From assembly GCA_035288225.1 (NCBI GenBank), contig DATEAT010000052.1, positions 1,560 through 65,559 of the forward strand: DNA of 64,000 bases, read 5' to 3'. The DNA comes from Anaerolineales bacterium (lineage in GTDB: Bacteria; Chloroflexota; Anaerolineae; Anaerolineales; RBG-16-64-43). Positions 1-10,103 of this stretch are shown one piece after another. The translations under genes and the position numbers were made by a program. Below the pieces are notes generated by a model that was not told the origin of the DNA, did no database searches, and worked only from the letters and a program-made list of their open reading frames with translations. How positions within the stretch are numbered: position 1 is the first letter of the stretch; every line of letters begins with the position of its first letter.

Positions 1-1771
1 TCGGTTCCGCCGGGTGGGCCGCCAGATAGTCCTCCAGAAGAGAACGCGCTCCGGGATGGTCGACGTGCACAGCCTCATCATACTCGCCGGCGGCCAGGGG
101 AGGCTCAAAACGCATCGGTCGCCTCACGCCGAAGAGTTCCCAGAATCTGGCCACACCAACCAGCAGGGCGTAGCGATACTCTTGCGTCTTCAAGGCCTGC
201 CACTCAACAATTGAACCCATCGGGCCCGTGACACGTGCCTTATCGCGAATGATTCGATGGATCTGATCTGGATTGCGGTAGCCTATGGGAGAAATAAGGA
301 TCGCATGCCCCATCAAAACTAGGACAAGCAAAGAGATCAGGACCAGCAATCCCCCTTCTTCCCACTTGCCTGCGACCTGACCGACGAAGACGGCACCCGC
401 TAACCCTACCGCGAAGCCTGCTGCAGCCCTCGCCCAGCATCGTTTTCGCCCCGCGTAGGACCGGCTCACATGGCGGAAGATAGCCAACGCCATTGCCATG
501 ATCGGCAAGAAGACGCCAACTCCGTAGTAGGGCATGGCCAGAGAGGTGCGGCCGCGCACCAAGAATTGTATGAACACGGCCGCAAGGAAAGCGGCAGTCA
601 CTGGCCGCGTGAACGTGCCTTTGGGGTTTCGGTAGACCACGATCTCCGGAATTTCGCCGATAGCCACATTTCGCCAGGCCATGGCCTGTAGGTCCTGATA
701 GGCTGTCATAGAGGCGGCCGCTAGGAGCGCCACTGCCAGGATTTGATAGGCCCAATAGAGTACGACGCCGCTCGGCAGTTGGCCAAATCCAATGAAGGCT
801 AGGTTACCGACCAGCGTCCGTCCCAGCGTACCGTCGAACACGTTGAAGTGGATTCCAAAAACGGTCAGCAGCGATGTTGTTAGACCACCATAGAACAAGA
901 ACGACGTCTGCACGAATCGTCCAATCCCGGTCTTCCCGCTGTAGAAAGTCCATAGCCATACCAGGCGGCGCAGGTGCTTCTTCCCCCAGCGCACGAACTG
1001 TGCATCCTCGTCCTTGACGAATTGCAGTCCATTCGACATGGCCTCCAGCCCAGTCAACGCGACCATGCCCTTCATCGAAGCGGTCAGCATGTGGTAGAGA
1101 GCCTGGCTCAAAGTTGGGGTCTGCACGGCTGTCGCTGCAATCTCCGCCGGGACCTTCCGCACCACGGCGGCCACCAGACCGCCGGCCATGAGCACCGTGA
1201 GCAACAAGAAGACCCCCAGAAGCGTGAAGACCACCTGAGCGGATTCGCCACGCCCGCGGATTGTCAGCACCCATGTGACCATGGCCAGGGCGGCGCCGAT
1301 CGTGAAATGCCAAAACCATGGAATGCCATAGGCTCCGGTGATCGACAACAGTTGATCGACACCCGAGAGCGTTGAGACGACGATTGTCAGAACGTAGTCT
1401 TGGATGAGCACGACCGCCACAATCAGACTCAGCGAAGGGCCAAGATAGCGCATGGCGGCGGTAAACGAACCACCGCCTTCGTTGAACACCCCCAAGGAAT
1501 ACATGTATAGCGCGCCAAAAACGAAGTTAGCCAGGGCGATGGCTATCACCGCGACGTAGGCATAACGCTGCAGACCATACGGATGAAGGGCGCTCAACAT
1601 CTCCCCGGAGGCGTAGAAGTAGGAGGTAAAGTAGTCGACGCCAAAGAGCGCGACGGCCGCCAGCAACCCAACCTGCCCCGCACCGTGGACGTGCGCGTCC
1701 GCTTGGCGCTCGCGGGGTGCTGCCTTCCAGGCGATGAAGAAGAATGCAATCAGTAACAATACGGAGAGCAT
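1..1771 (-). CDS. APC-superfamily-like polytopic membrane permease (C-terminal end runs off the window start)
   Basis: Manual translation from ATG at 1771..1769 (MLSVLLLIAFFFIAWK...) stays open for about 590 codons to position 1. It is missing from the supplied ORF track because no stop lies inside the window. It has many hydrophobic spans and a motif like FNEGGGSFTAAMRYLG typical of amino-acid/polyamine/organocation permeases. Confidence 0.6.
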   Translation of the reverse strand, partial: MLSVLLLIAFFFIAWKAAPRERQADAHVHGAGQVGLLAAVALFGVDYFTSYFYASGEMLSALHPYGLQRYAYVAVIAIALANFVFGALYMYSLGVFNEGGGSFTAAMRYLGPSLSLIVAVVLIQDYVLTIVVSTLSGVDQLLSITGAYGIPWFWHFTIGAALAMVTWVLTIRGRGESAQVVFTLLGVFLLLTVLMAGGLVAAVVRKVPAEIAATAVQTPTLSQALYHMLTASMKGMVALTGLEAMSNGLQFVKDEDAQFVRWGKKHLRRLVWLWTFYSGKTGIGRFVQTSFLFYGGLTTSLLTVFGIHFNVFDGTLGRTLVGNLAFIGFGQLPSGVVLYWAYQILAVALLAAASMTAYQDLQAMAWRNVAIGEIPEIVVYRNPKGTFTRPVTAAFLAAVFIQFLVRGRTSLAMPYYGVGVFLPIMAMALAIFRHVSRSYAGRKRCWARAAAGFAVGLAGAVFVGQVAGKWEEGGLLVLISLLVLVLMGHAILISPIGYRNPDQIHRIIRDKARVTGPMGSIVEWQALKTQEYRYALLVGVARFWELFGVRRPMRFEPPLAAGEYDEAVHVDHPGARSLLEDYLAAHPAEP

Positions 1772-1790
1772 GGATGTTGCCTGAGTCCTT

Positions 1791-2882
1791 CTAAGATCGG
1801 GGGGCTGAGGTGTCGAAGGCCGCCTCGAGCAATTCGAGTTGGCTGAGGAGGTACTTGCGGGTGGATGGGCTCAGGCGTGTATCCTGCGCAATCTTGCCCT
1901 GCTCCTCACGCACGGCGCGCACCACAAAGGCCGGCACGAACATGATGCGCCCGGCTGGGATGACCTCGAAGTGGAAGCGACGCATCTCGAGCTGCTGGTC
2001 ATCGAAGAAGGGCAAGGTCAGGCTCAGCCCGCGGTTGAGCTCGCCCGCGCCGGCGCGGTGGCGAATCGTGTCAACGACCTGGCCGGAGTGGTAGCGCGCC
2101 AGAGCACGCCCCTGATTGACCAGTTGCCCGAGCATGCCGTAGCGCTTGCGCCCGTATTCTTCGTCGGCCACGATGTAGGGGGTCAATGCCACGGCCGCAT
2201 GCAGCACAAACAGGTAGCGCTGCATCGAGGCCAGATGCGCCTCGGCCTCCTCCACCGAACCGACCAGCAGCCGTCCCTCATCATCGAAAGCCACCCACTG
2301 CGGCAGGAAGAAGCGCCGCGCCGCGGGCACGTACGGAACGATCAGCTGCCCGCGGCCTTCCTCCGAGCGGCCGTCCTCTACAATGGCATCGGAAGCGGCG
2401 GTGATCGCGGAGTCGGGTTCCAGCTCATCGCGCACCGGCTGGGTTGGGATTTCCTCGCCCTCCAGAACGGTGTACGTGACGCGCCGGCCTTCGGGCAGGA
2501 TGGCATGGATCATCTGGAATGCGCACGCAAAGCGCATCAAACGTGCCGCCGAGGCCAACCCCCGGTCGGGCGACGCCTCTAGGTCCGTCAGGTGTTGGCG
2601 CGCCGAGACTCGCAGGTCGCCGCCCAGAAGCCTCTCGCGCAGCGATCCCACCGTGTGCCGCCGGGCTCCGCCGGGCAGCACCAAGCTAGTGCCGTCGACG
2701 ACCACCCGGTCGGGCAGCGTAAAACGCACGTGCGAGCTGCCCTCGATCAGCCCGGCCGCCAACTGGTTGGCCTGGGCCTCCAGAAATCGCTGGACGATGG
2801 CCGGCTGAGACTCGAACATCGCGCGCGTTTTCGAGTAGGTGCCCTGCAGATATTGTTCGGGATGCGGGTTCACGCCTGCCAC
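1791..2882 (-). CDS. hypothetical protein (363 aa), probably co-transcribed with the downstream permease
   Basis: Uninterrupted 363-aa ORF ending 20 nt upstream of the permease start. I recognised no family motif. The plus-strand ORFs across it are arginine-rich shadows. Confidence 0.6.
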   Translation of the reverse strand: MAGVNPHPEQYLQGTYSKTRAMFESQPAIVQRFLEAQANQLAAGLIEGSSHVRFTLPDRVVVDGTSLVLPGGARRHTVGSLRERLLGGDLRVSARQHLTDLEASPDRGLASAARLMRFACAFQMIHAILPEGRRVTYTVLEGEEIPTQPVRDELEPDSAITAASDAIVEDGRSEEGRGQLIVPYVPAARRFFLPQWVAFDDEGRLLVGSVEEAEAHLASMQRYLFVLHAAVALTPYIVADEEYGRKRYGMLGQLVNQGRALARYHSGQVVDTIRHRAGAGELNRGLSLTLPFFDDQQLEMRRFHFEVIPAGRIMFVPAFVVRAVREEQGKIAQDTRLSPSTRKYLLSQLELLEAAFDTSAPRS

Positions 2883-3006
2883 TCCCCTGGGTACATGTCG
2901 GTGGGCGGCGAAAGTCGCCGCCAGGCAATCGCAGGGCCGGGAACGGCGCCCGGCCCGCGTTGCAAACTGTTATTCTACTCCCAGTCTGCTCACCCCCCAA
3001 TCGCGA

Positions 3007-3492
3007 TTAGGCCCCTCGCCGCGAGCGCCACTCGCGTATCTGCTGGAGGTGCTCGGCTTCGTGCTCGAAGGTGTCGCTGGCGATCCACTTCGATAGAGGC
3101 GCGCCCTCCAACCACGCTAGTTTGTCCGCCTGCTCAAACTCGGCCTGGGTCAGCGCCCGCACGCGGCGAAGTGTTTGCTTTCGCACGGCGACGAAATCCG
3201 CGCGGGCCAAATCCAGCGGGCGGCCCTTGTTCTCGGCATGCCAACGCGCATTCTTCTGATCCATTGTTTCTGCGGCATTCTCGTCCGGGGGCGGCTTGTG
3301 TCCCTCTTTGACATGAAAGAGCAGCGTCACCAATCCAGCTTCCCACAAGGTGAGATGTACCAGGAGATCGCACACAGACCACTCGCCGACCACGCCCGGC
3401 TCGAGCATAGCCTCATCCGAGAGCCCTTCAATCGCCGCCAGGAATGCCTCGCGGCTCCCCTTGAGCGTCTTCAGGATTTCGGTCTTCTTCAT
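3007..3492 (-). CDS. DinB-family (four-helix bundle) protein
   Basis: The ORF spans 3007..3528. The likely start is MKKTEILKTLKGSREAFLAAIEGLSDE at 3492. The pattern WSVCDLLVHL...FEHEAEHLQQI is typical of DinB/DinB_2 metal-binding helices. Confidence 0.65.
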   Translation of the reverse strand: MKKTEILKTLKGSREAFLAAIEGLSDEAMLEPGVVGEWSVCDLLVHLTLWEAGLVTLLFHVKEGHKPPPDENAAETMDQKNARWHAENKGRPLDLARADFVAVRKQTLRRVRALTQAEFEQADKLAWLEGAPLSKWIASDTFEHEAEHLQQIREWRSRRGA

Positions 3493-3509
3493 GCGTCCCT
3501 CCATCAGGA

Positions 3510-6500
3510 CTAGGGTCTCGGGCGCCATTCAAGGCGGCCCTGAAAGTCGAGCAAGCAGACCCGGGTCTGCACCGTGCCGCCGAGCTGGCGTTCCACAGCC
3601 TCGCGGTAGCGTGCAAGCTGGGGCAGGAAATCCGTTTGCATAAGGCGCTCGAGTTCGGATTCAGTCTCGATGCGAGTCGTCTTGAAGTCAACGACCTGCC
3701 AGGCCTGGGGTCCATCCTCGACCAGCATGTCGATGTAGCCGCTCGAGACGCCCTCGCCCTTGGAAACGCTGAAGGGCACCTCATGGTAGCGCCGCGCGCG
3801 CTCGAACGCGGCCCAGTGCGGGTCGCCACGCAGCCGCTCGAGCAGCCGCTCGACGTGCGCGATGTGCTGCCCGGCTTCGGCCTCGTCGAGCACGCCCGCT
3901 TCGCGAACCGCCGCGCCCAGCATCGCCCCAAGGCGCACGTCGCCCTGGAAGCACCCGCGGCGTATGGCCAGGTGCACCAGGTTGCCCACCAGCCTCGCGC
4001 CCTCGCGCGCGTGCGCTGCGAAGATATCCTGCCGCCGTTTGCGGGCGGCCTCCAGGAAGGGCAGTTTGTCGTCGCTGATCTCGAACTCGTGCTCGGGCAC
4101 AACCTGGTAGAGAGGCGTGAGGGCTGCCTCCTCACGCGGCAACGGGTGCACGGAGGCAGGTTGGCGCACCGGCGAGGGGAGGTCGCGCACCGTGCGCAGC
4201 GCAATCAGGCCGCCGGTGTCCGGGAGTCTGAGTACCGGTTCGGTCGCAGCGCCCGCCTCGGAGGCGCTCTCCTCCGGCAGCGCCTCAACGAGCTGCGAGA
4301 ACCACGAGCTGCCGCGCTGCCCGCCTCGGTAGCCGATGACGATCAGCCGCTCCTGGGCGCGCGTAGCGCCGACGTAGAGCAGGCGCTGCTCCTCCGCCTG
4401 CTCCTCCTCGCGTTCCATAGCCTTGGCCAGCCGGTACGACACGGGTTCTTCGTCGGTACGCCGCCCCGGCCGGGCCACAACGCCCAGTTCGCGCGAAAGA
4501 ATGATGCGCGCGTAGTCGTTGGGCGCCTGGCGCGAGGCGTCTGCCAGCACAACGACCGGGAACTCGAGCCCCTTCGCCTTGTGCACGGTCATCAGACGCA
4601 CGGCGCCCTGAGCCTCGCTGGGCGCCTCGCCCTCGCGCGCGCCCGCGGCCTTCAGGGTTTCGATGTAGTCGAGGAAATCCTCGACGCGGGCGATGCCGCT
4701 GGCGTGCGCGTCCTGCAGCAGCTTATCGACGTTGCGCTGCAGGCGCTCGCCGGAGGGCGCCGCGCGCAATGCCGCGCCGAGGCGAGTACTGTCGAGCAAA
4801 TCCTTGAGCAGCTCTGCCACCGAGATGCGGTTGGCCCTCGGCGCAAGCCGATCGAGCGCGGCCCGCGCGCGCTCGGCGCGCGGCCGATCGGTCTCCCCGA
4901 GCGCACTCAGATCGCCCCGCAGCGCGTGCTTGAAGCTCACCGGCTCGCCCTCGGCAATGGGGCGGCGCAACTGGTAGAGGGCGGCGTCGCTCAGGCCGAA
5001 TGCCGGCGAGCGCAACAGCCCGGCCATCGCCAGGTCGTCCCACGGGTTGGCCACCGCCCGCAGCAAGTTGAGCAGGTCGCGGATCTCCGGGCGGTCGTAA
5101 AAGCCTCGCCCGGCGACGGTGACGAAGGGGATGCCGGCATCTTCCAGCGCGCGTTCGAAATCGGGGAAGGAGGTCGAAGCGCGGAAGAGCAGCGCCATGT
5201 CGTCCCACGGCACGCCGGCCCGGGCCAGTTCGCTGAGCCGATGCGCCAGCACCGCGGCTGCCAACCGGCGCGATGCCTCCGCCTCGCCTCCCTCCGCGAA
5301 GATCATTTCGACGAACGGGGGACGCGTCTCGGCGCGGGGTTCAGAGCGCCTGGCCTCCAATCGTTCGTACGGAACCTGGTAGGGACGGCGAGGCAAGGCT
5401 GAACTCATGGCCGGCGCCAGCAGCCCGTTGAGCACGTCCACCAGCCCGGCGTGAGCGCGAAACGTTTCGGCAAGGTGCAACACCTCGCCGCCGGCCTTCG
5501 CGGCTGCCTGTTCGACTTCGACAAAGACCGTCACATCCGCGCCGCGGAAGCGATAGATGGACTGCTTAGCATCGCCAACGACGAACAGCCCGCCGTGCTC
5601 CTCGTCGCGCGAGCCGGAGAGCGCCTCGACGATGCGGCGCTGCCGCGCGTTCGTATCTTGGAATTCATCCACCAGTACGGCACGGATCTCGCCGCGCCAG
5701 CGCCGGCGCACGTCGTCGCGGTCGAGCAGGCGGGCGGCCCCATCTTCCAGGTCATCGAAGTCGAGCGCGTGTTTCTGCTCCCTGGCGCGCCTGTAGAACT
5801 CGGCCGCCTTGGCGAAGAGCGCACGCAGTCCTGGGACGAGCGCGCGAAGCGAGCCCTCTGCATTTTCCAGCGCCTGGACGTCCTTGACCCGACCCAGCCA
5901 GCGCTCCACCTGCGCCTCGTAGCGATCGCGAATCAGGCGCACAAGAGGCTTCGCCTGGCCGGCCTTCCTTCCGACCGTGAGATTGAGGCATTCCTCGCGG
6001 ATGCGCGCCAGGTGCCCCACGGCCTCCGTCAGGCTCGAGCGCGCGAGCGCCTCACCCATGGCATGCCATTCAGCGAGCAACAGCTGCACCTGCTCGTTCA
6101 GCTTCGGGCCAGCGTCGGCCTCCAGCCTGCCCTCTGTCTCCAGCTCCTCCAGCCGCCTGATCGCGTCGACAGCCTCTGAGCCCTCTGCGAATTCGCGCAC
6201 TCTTGCATTCAATGCATCGTCCCAGCGAGCAACGAGGTTTACTCCGTCGAACGCTTCGGCCGACTCGAGCCGAAACCCGATCAGTTTGGCCAGCCCGGCG
6301 CGCAGCTGCATGGGTGTGAATGCGCGCAACACGGGCACGAGATCGGCTTCACCCGAGGCCCAGGTCAGCGCATCCTCCACGGCCTGCGACTTCCAGGCCG
6401 CGGCCAGGCCCTCTTCGAGCACCTCGAATCCCGGGTCGACTGCGGCTTCCACCGGATGGGCGCGGATAATCTCGGCGCACAAGCTGTGAATGGTGCCGAT

Positions 6501-6821
6501 GCGGGCGGTGTCGATATCCGCCTCGATCGCCGCCCAGCGCGCGCGCTCCGTGCCCGAGCGTGCATCGCGCACCCATGCGTTCACGCGAGTGCGGATGCGA
6601 TTGCGCATCTCGCGCGCGGCCTTCTCGGTGAAGGTCACAGCCACGACGGATCGTGGCGCGAGGCCCTCCTCGAGCAGCGAGAGGTAGCGCGCGGTGAGCG
6701 TGCGCGTCTTGCCCGAGCCGGCGCCGGCAATGAGCACCACATCGCGGCCGCGCGCCTCGAGCGCGCTGCGCTGCACGGGTGTCAGGTCGAACGTCTCGAG
6801 AATGGATGCGCGCTTCAGCAT
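3510..6821 (-). CDS. addA: ATP-dependent helicase/nuclease subunit A (UvrD/Rep-type helicase with C-terminal PD-(D/E)XK nuclease)
   Basis: Walker A is IAGAGSGKT near the N-terminus, and UvrD-like motifs (TFTEKAA, VDEFQDT) are present. The C-terminal IDMLVED...VVDFKT is nuclease-like. The likely start MLKRASILETF at 6821 lies 4 nt after the addB stop. Confidence 0.85.
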   Translation of the reverse strand: MLKRASILETFDLTPVQRSALEARGRDVVLIAGAGSGKTRTLTARYLSLLEEGLAPRSVVAVTFTEKAAREMRNRIRTRVNAWVRDARSGTERARWAAIEADIDTARIGTIHSLCAEIIRAHPVEAAVDPGFEVLEEGLAAAWKSQAVEDALTWASGEADLVPVLRAFTPMQLRAGLAKLIGFRLESAEAFDGVNLVARWDDALNARVREFAEGSEAVDAIRRLEELETEGRLEADAGPKLNEQVQLLLAEWHAMGEALARSSLTEAVGHLARIREECLNLTVGRKAGQAKPLVRLIRDRYEAQVERWLGRVKDVQALENAEGSLRALVPGLRALFAKAAEFYRRAREQKHALDFDDLEDGAARLLDRDDVRRRWRGEIRAVLVDEFQDTNARQRRIVEALSGSRDEEHGGLFVVGDAKQSIYRFRGADVTVFVEVEQAAAKAGGEVLHLAETFRAHAGLVDVLNGLLAPAMSSALPRRPYQVPYERLEARRSEPRAETRPPFVEMIFAEGGEAEASRRLAAAVLAHRLSELARAGVPWDDMALLFRASTSFPDFERALEDAGIPFVTVAGRGFYDRPEIRDLLNLLRAVANPWDDLAMAGLLRSPAFGLSDAALYQLRRPIAEGEPVSFKHALRGDLSALGETDRPRAERARAALDRLAPRANRISVAELLKDLLDSTRLGAALRAAPSGERLQRNVDKLLQDAHASGIARVEDFLDYIETLKAAGAREGEAPSEAQGAVRLMTVHKAKGLEFPVVVLADASRQAPNDYARIILSRELGVVARPGRRTDEEPVSYRLAKAMEREEEQAEEQRLLYVGATRAQERLIVIGYRGGQRGSSWFSQLVEALPEESASEAGAATEPVLRLPDTGGLIALRTVRDLPSPVRQPASVHPLPREEAALTPLYQVVPEHEFEISDDKLPFLEAARKRRQDIFAAHAREGARLVGNLVHLAIRRGCFQGDVRLGAMLGAAVREAGVLDEAEAGQHIAHVERLLERLRGDPHWAAFERARRYHEVPFSVSKGEGVSSGYIDMLVEDGPQAWQVVDFKTTRIETESELERLMQTDFLPQLARYREAVERQLGGTVQTRVCLLDFQGRLEWRPRP

Positions 6822-6825
6822 GCGC

Positions 6826-9800
6826 TCACGCGGGCTGATAGCGCCAGCAGAACAGGCGCGCCGGGCAGTACGCCGGACACCCGCCCTCGGGCGGCCTCGG
6901 GCGGAAGTCGCCCTCGCGAATGCCGGCAACGTAATTCCCGATGTAATCGCGGACCAGGTCCGCCGCGCCGTTCACGCCGGCGTAGTGCTTGCCCGCCTCC
7001 GAAACGTAGTTGAGTGCCTCCAACTTGAGCGCGCTGGGTCCGGCCTGGCGTATCTTCCAATAAACGCCCTCGGTCAGCCGGCCCAGCTTCAGCATGCCTT
7101 CGGCCGCAAGCCCGTAAACCGTGATCTGCAGCCGGCGCCCCTCTTCAAGATCGCGCATCTCGAGCCGGCTCGACCCGGTCTTGTAGTCGATCACTCGCAG
7201 CTGGCCCAGCGCGTCCACGTCCACACGGTCGATGACCCCGTGCAACAGAATTTCGCCGGCCTCGGTCTCCAGCCGCAGCGGGTCGCCCTCCATCCCGAAC
7301 TGCGCCTCGAGCCGCGCCGGGCGATATCCGGTCGAGTATGCATGCAACGCATGCAGCGTCTGGCGCAGGTCGTCGAGCAGGCCGGCCCGTTCGGCTTCCC
7401 ATAATGGGGAGCGGCGAAAACCAAGCCGCCGCGGCGCGTCGGCGAAAACTCGTTCGGCCACAGGCTCAAGTGACTCGAGGAGCAGCTCAAGGTTGGAAAC
7501 GTCCATAGCGCTTGCATAAACTTGCTCGAGGATCTCGTGCAGCATCGTCCCCAACTGCGCCGGATCGAATCCTATTTCGGGGTCGGCCAGTTCTTCGAGC
7601 GCGAGCGCCTTCTGGATAAAGAAGTGGAATTTGCAGCCGGCGTAGGTCTCGAGCCGGCCAGGGCTGAAGACGTGCCGCGGGCCGTAGGCCTTGCCCAGCA
7701 CCGGCGCGAGGTCCGCCGTTTGCCCATCGAACTCGCCCTGCGCCTCGCGCGCCAGGCGCGCCTGAAGTATGCGGCGGGCATGTTGTGCTTCGCGCCACTC
7801 GCTGCCGAGTTCCGCGTACTCTTCGGGCAGGTCGCCGCGCAGTAGCGCCTGCGCCAGGAGTTCGGAGCGCGAGGCGGCCTCGGAGAGCGGGAGGCGGCCC
7901 TCGCTGCGCACGCGATGCGGCACGACGCGCACCACCTCGCGCAGCGCGTGCCAGTAGGGCGAGGGCTCCCAGGCCTCGCCTTCCGGCGAGAGGTATGGCC
8001 GCGTGAGTAGCAAGAAGCGCTCGGCGCGCGTGACGGCCTCGTAGAAGACGGTTTGCTGATCGCTGCGCAGGCGCGGCTCGAGCCGCAGGCCGCGCTCGAT
8101 CAACTGCCCACGGTCGCTGTCGGTGAGGAACGGGTCCTCACTCAGCCGCCTGGGGAAGATGCCTTCCGCCACGCCGAGCAGGGCCACGGCCGGGAAGGGC
8201 ACGCCGCGCGCCTGGGTCAGGTCCGCCACGTAGATGCGCGAACCGCGCCAAGCCTCATCGCCCTCGGGCTGGTAGGTGGCAGCACCCACCGCCTCGCGCA
8301 ACTCGTCGATGAATTCGCGATAGGCCACACGCGGCGGGTTGGGCAGCGCCTTTTCGCTGAGCACGAGCGCGTCGAGCACCTGCCGCAGCGCCTCCAGCGC
8401 CGCCAGGTCCCGCTCCGAATTCTCGGGCACGGCGCGCACTTGGCGCTCGACGGCAAATCCTTCGGCGTCGTCGAGCCGCTCGAGCGCCCAGCGTGCATGC
8501 TCGGCGAGCGCCGCCTCCGGCGCGGGGCGAAGGCGCTCGGCCAGCCGTTCGAGCGCCGCGGCCAGGCGCCGCACTTGCCCGCCGGATGGGGCGCGCAGCG
8601 GCGTATCTTCGTCATCCGCGGCTGGAGGCGGCGCGGCATCCGCGAGCAATGCCAGCCCCTCCCGCCACTGGTCGAGACCGCGTATGACCTGTGCCGCGCG
8701 GGCGGCTTCCTCGAGCGGCCAGGCGTCGTCGCGCGCCAATCCGCAACTGCCCAGATCGAAGTACGGGCTGGAGACGACGTTCAGCAGCAACCGCCGCGGC
8801 CATTCGAGCAACGGTAGTTGCAGAAGGTTCAGGATCGAGGCGATGGCCGGGTTGTGTTCGAGCACGTCGCCCTGCACGAAGCGCACCGGCAGGTCGAACT
8901 CGCGCGCGGCCTCGCGCAGGTATGCCTGGTACGGGCGCAGGTCGGGCGCGATGATCGCGCATTCGAAGGGCTTAAGATCATCGCGCTGGAGGCGTGCCTT
9001 GATCCAGCGCAGCGCCTCGCGCGCCTCCAGCGCTTGGGTTTGCGCCTCGAGTAGCGTGACCTCCGCCCCGCCATCGACTTGCGGCGCCTCCGCCGAAAAG
9101 AGGTAACGCTCAAGATGCCCAAGCGCCTTCGGCCGTTGGCCGCCCGGCGTGAGCGTCGCGGGCGAGAGATGCAGGCGTTCGGTGAGGGTGCGGTGTGTGC
9201 GCTCGAACCGCCGGTAGGCGGCGCGACTCATATCCGGCTCGCCGCACAGCGTGATGACCAGCACGCCTACCTGCTGGCCGAGCGCGGTGAGCGCCTCGAG
9301 TTGCAGCGGGCTGAAGGAATCGAACCCGTCCACGATCAGGAGGTCAACAGAACGCAGGAGGCCGGCCTGCCGCTGGAGCGCGCGCACCGCCAGCCAGCCG
9401 GCTCCCTCGCGATCAACCCAGCTCAGGGCCTGCAACCGCTCCTGGTAGACGCGGTAGATGTCGGCCATCTCCTTCAGTCGCGGCGCGGCGTGCCCGAGCG
9501 CCGCCTGAAGCTGCTCGGGGGTCAGCATCGCCCGCTTGAATTCGGCGATGTGCTCGGCCATGGCGCGGATGAATCCCGGCGAGCGCCGGATGGGGGCGTA
9601 GTAGGGAAGGATGCCGTCGGCGTGCAGCGCATCGATCGCTGCGCGCACCATGCGCAGAACGACGGCCTCATCGGCGACCGGGATGAACTGGCCGGCGCGG
9701 GCGAGGATCTCATCGTACAGGCCGCTGAATCTGAGGACGGTAGCGCCGAGTGCGCCCCCGGACTGGGCCAGCCGGCGGCGCAAAGAGGTGGCGCTGGTTC

Positions 9801-9921
9801 GCGTGGGCACAACGACCCAGGCCGAGGCGAGCTTTTTCTTGGCCAGAAGCGATTGCACACGCTCAATGCAGGCGCGGGTTTTGCCCGAGGCGGCGGGGCC
9901 GAGCAGGTACTCGACGGACAT
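6826..9921 (-). CDS. addB: helicase-nuclease subunit B (AddB-type, C-terminal nuclease with Fe-S cysteines)
   Basis: N-terminal Walker A is GPAASGKT. The C-terminus has RVIDYKTG (PD-(D/E)XK) and cysteines AGCKF ... GGCPAYCPARLFCW (C..C-X3-C-X5-C), like the AddB iron-staple. It lies immediately upstream of addA. Confidence 0.8.
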   Translation of the reverse strand: MSVEYLLGPAASGKTRACIERVQSLLAKKKLASAWVVVPTRTSATSLRRRLAQSGGALGATVLRFSGLYDEILARAGQFIPVADEAVVLRMVRAAIDALHADGILPYYAPIRRSPGFIRAMAEHIAEFKRAMLTPEQLQAALGHAAPRLKEMADIYRVYQERLQALSWVDREGAGWLAVRALQRQAGLLRSVDLLIVDGFDSFSPLQLEALTALGQQVGVLVITLCGEPDMSRAAYRRFERTHRTLTERLHLSPATLTPGGQRPKALGHLERYLFSAEAPQVDGGAEVTLLEAQTQALEAREALRWIKARLQRDDLKPFECAIIAPDLRPYQAYLREAAREFDLPVRFVQGDVLEHNPAIASILNLLQLPLLEWPRRLLLNVVSSPYFDLGSCGLARDDAWPLEEAARAAQVIRGLDQWREGLALLADAAPPPAADDEDTPLRAPSGGQVRRLAAALERLAERLRPAPEAALAEHARWALERLDDAEGFAVERQVRAVPENSERDLAALEALRQVLDALVLSEKALPNPPRVAYREFIDELREAVGAATYQPEGDEAWRGSRIYVADLTQARGVPFPAVALLGVAEGIFPRRLSEDPFLTDSDRGQLIERGLRLEPRLRSDQQTVFYEAVTRAERFLLLTRPYLSPEGEAWEPSPYWHALREVVRVVPHRVRSEGRLPLSEAASRSELLAQALLRGDLPEEYAELGSEWREAQHARRILQARLAREAQGEFDGQTADLAPVLGKAYGPRHVFSPGRLETYAGCKFHFFIQKALALEELADPEIGFDPAQLGTMLHEILEQVYASAMDVSNLELLLESLEPVAERVFADAPRRLGFRRSPLWEAERAGLLDDLRQTLHALHAYSTGYRPARLEAQFGMEGDPLRLETEAGEILLHGVIDRVDVDALGQLRVIDYKTGSSRLEMRDLEEGRRLQITVYGLAAEGMLKLGRLTEGVYWKIRQAGPSALKLEALNYVSEAGKHYAGVNGAADLVRDYIGNYVAGIREGDFRPRPPEGGCPAYCPARLFCWRYQPA

Positions 9922-10046
9922 CGAGGGTTAGTGTAGCACAGGCACTTGCGCGCCTGTCGCGCCGCGGGGCCCGCGAGCCAACGCAGCCACCCGGGCAGCA
10001 TGTAACGCACGCGGGACTCGTGCGCATAGCATTCGCGCGCGGTCAA

Positions 10047-10068
10047 GCGTAAGGCGTGCTATGCCCTC
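10047..10068 (+). repeat. intergenic repeat module C ('MLCPL' module), copy 1
   Basis: The sequence gcgtaaggcgtgctatgccctc recurs with 0-3 changes at 23269, 44899, 61060 and 62818. It generates four spurious track ORFs that begin with MLCPL. Confidence 0.8.
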
Positions 10069-10103
10069 TTCCAGATTGGCGGTCGAGGACGACTTGCCGC
10101 GGG

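Noticed and set aside
3636-5402. 588-aa plus-strand ORF, and similar long ORFs at 28200..29525(+), 30094..31659(-), 31362..32648(+), 35803..36873(-), 36831..38042(-), 41478..42419(-), 42779..43768(-), 56698..57927(+) and 59899..61065(+)
   Set aside because: Each lies antisense to or out of frame with a gene that has clear family motifs. Their translations are Arg/Pro/Gly/Ala-rich with no recognisable domains, as expected for shadow ORFs in high-GC DNA.
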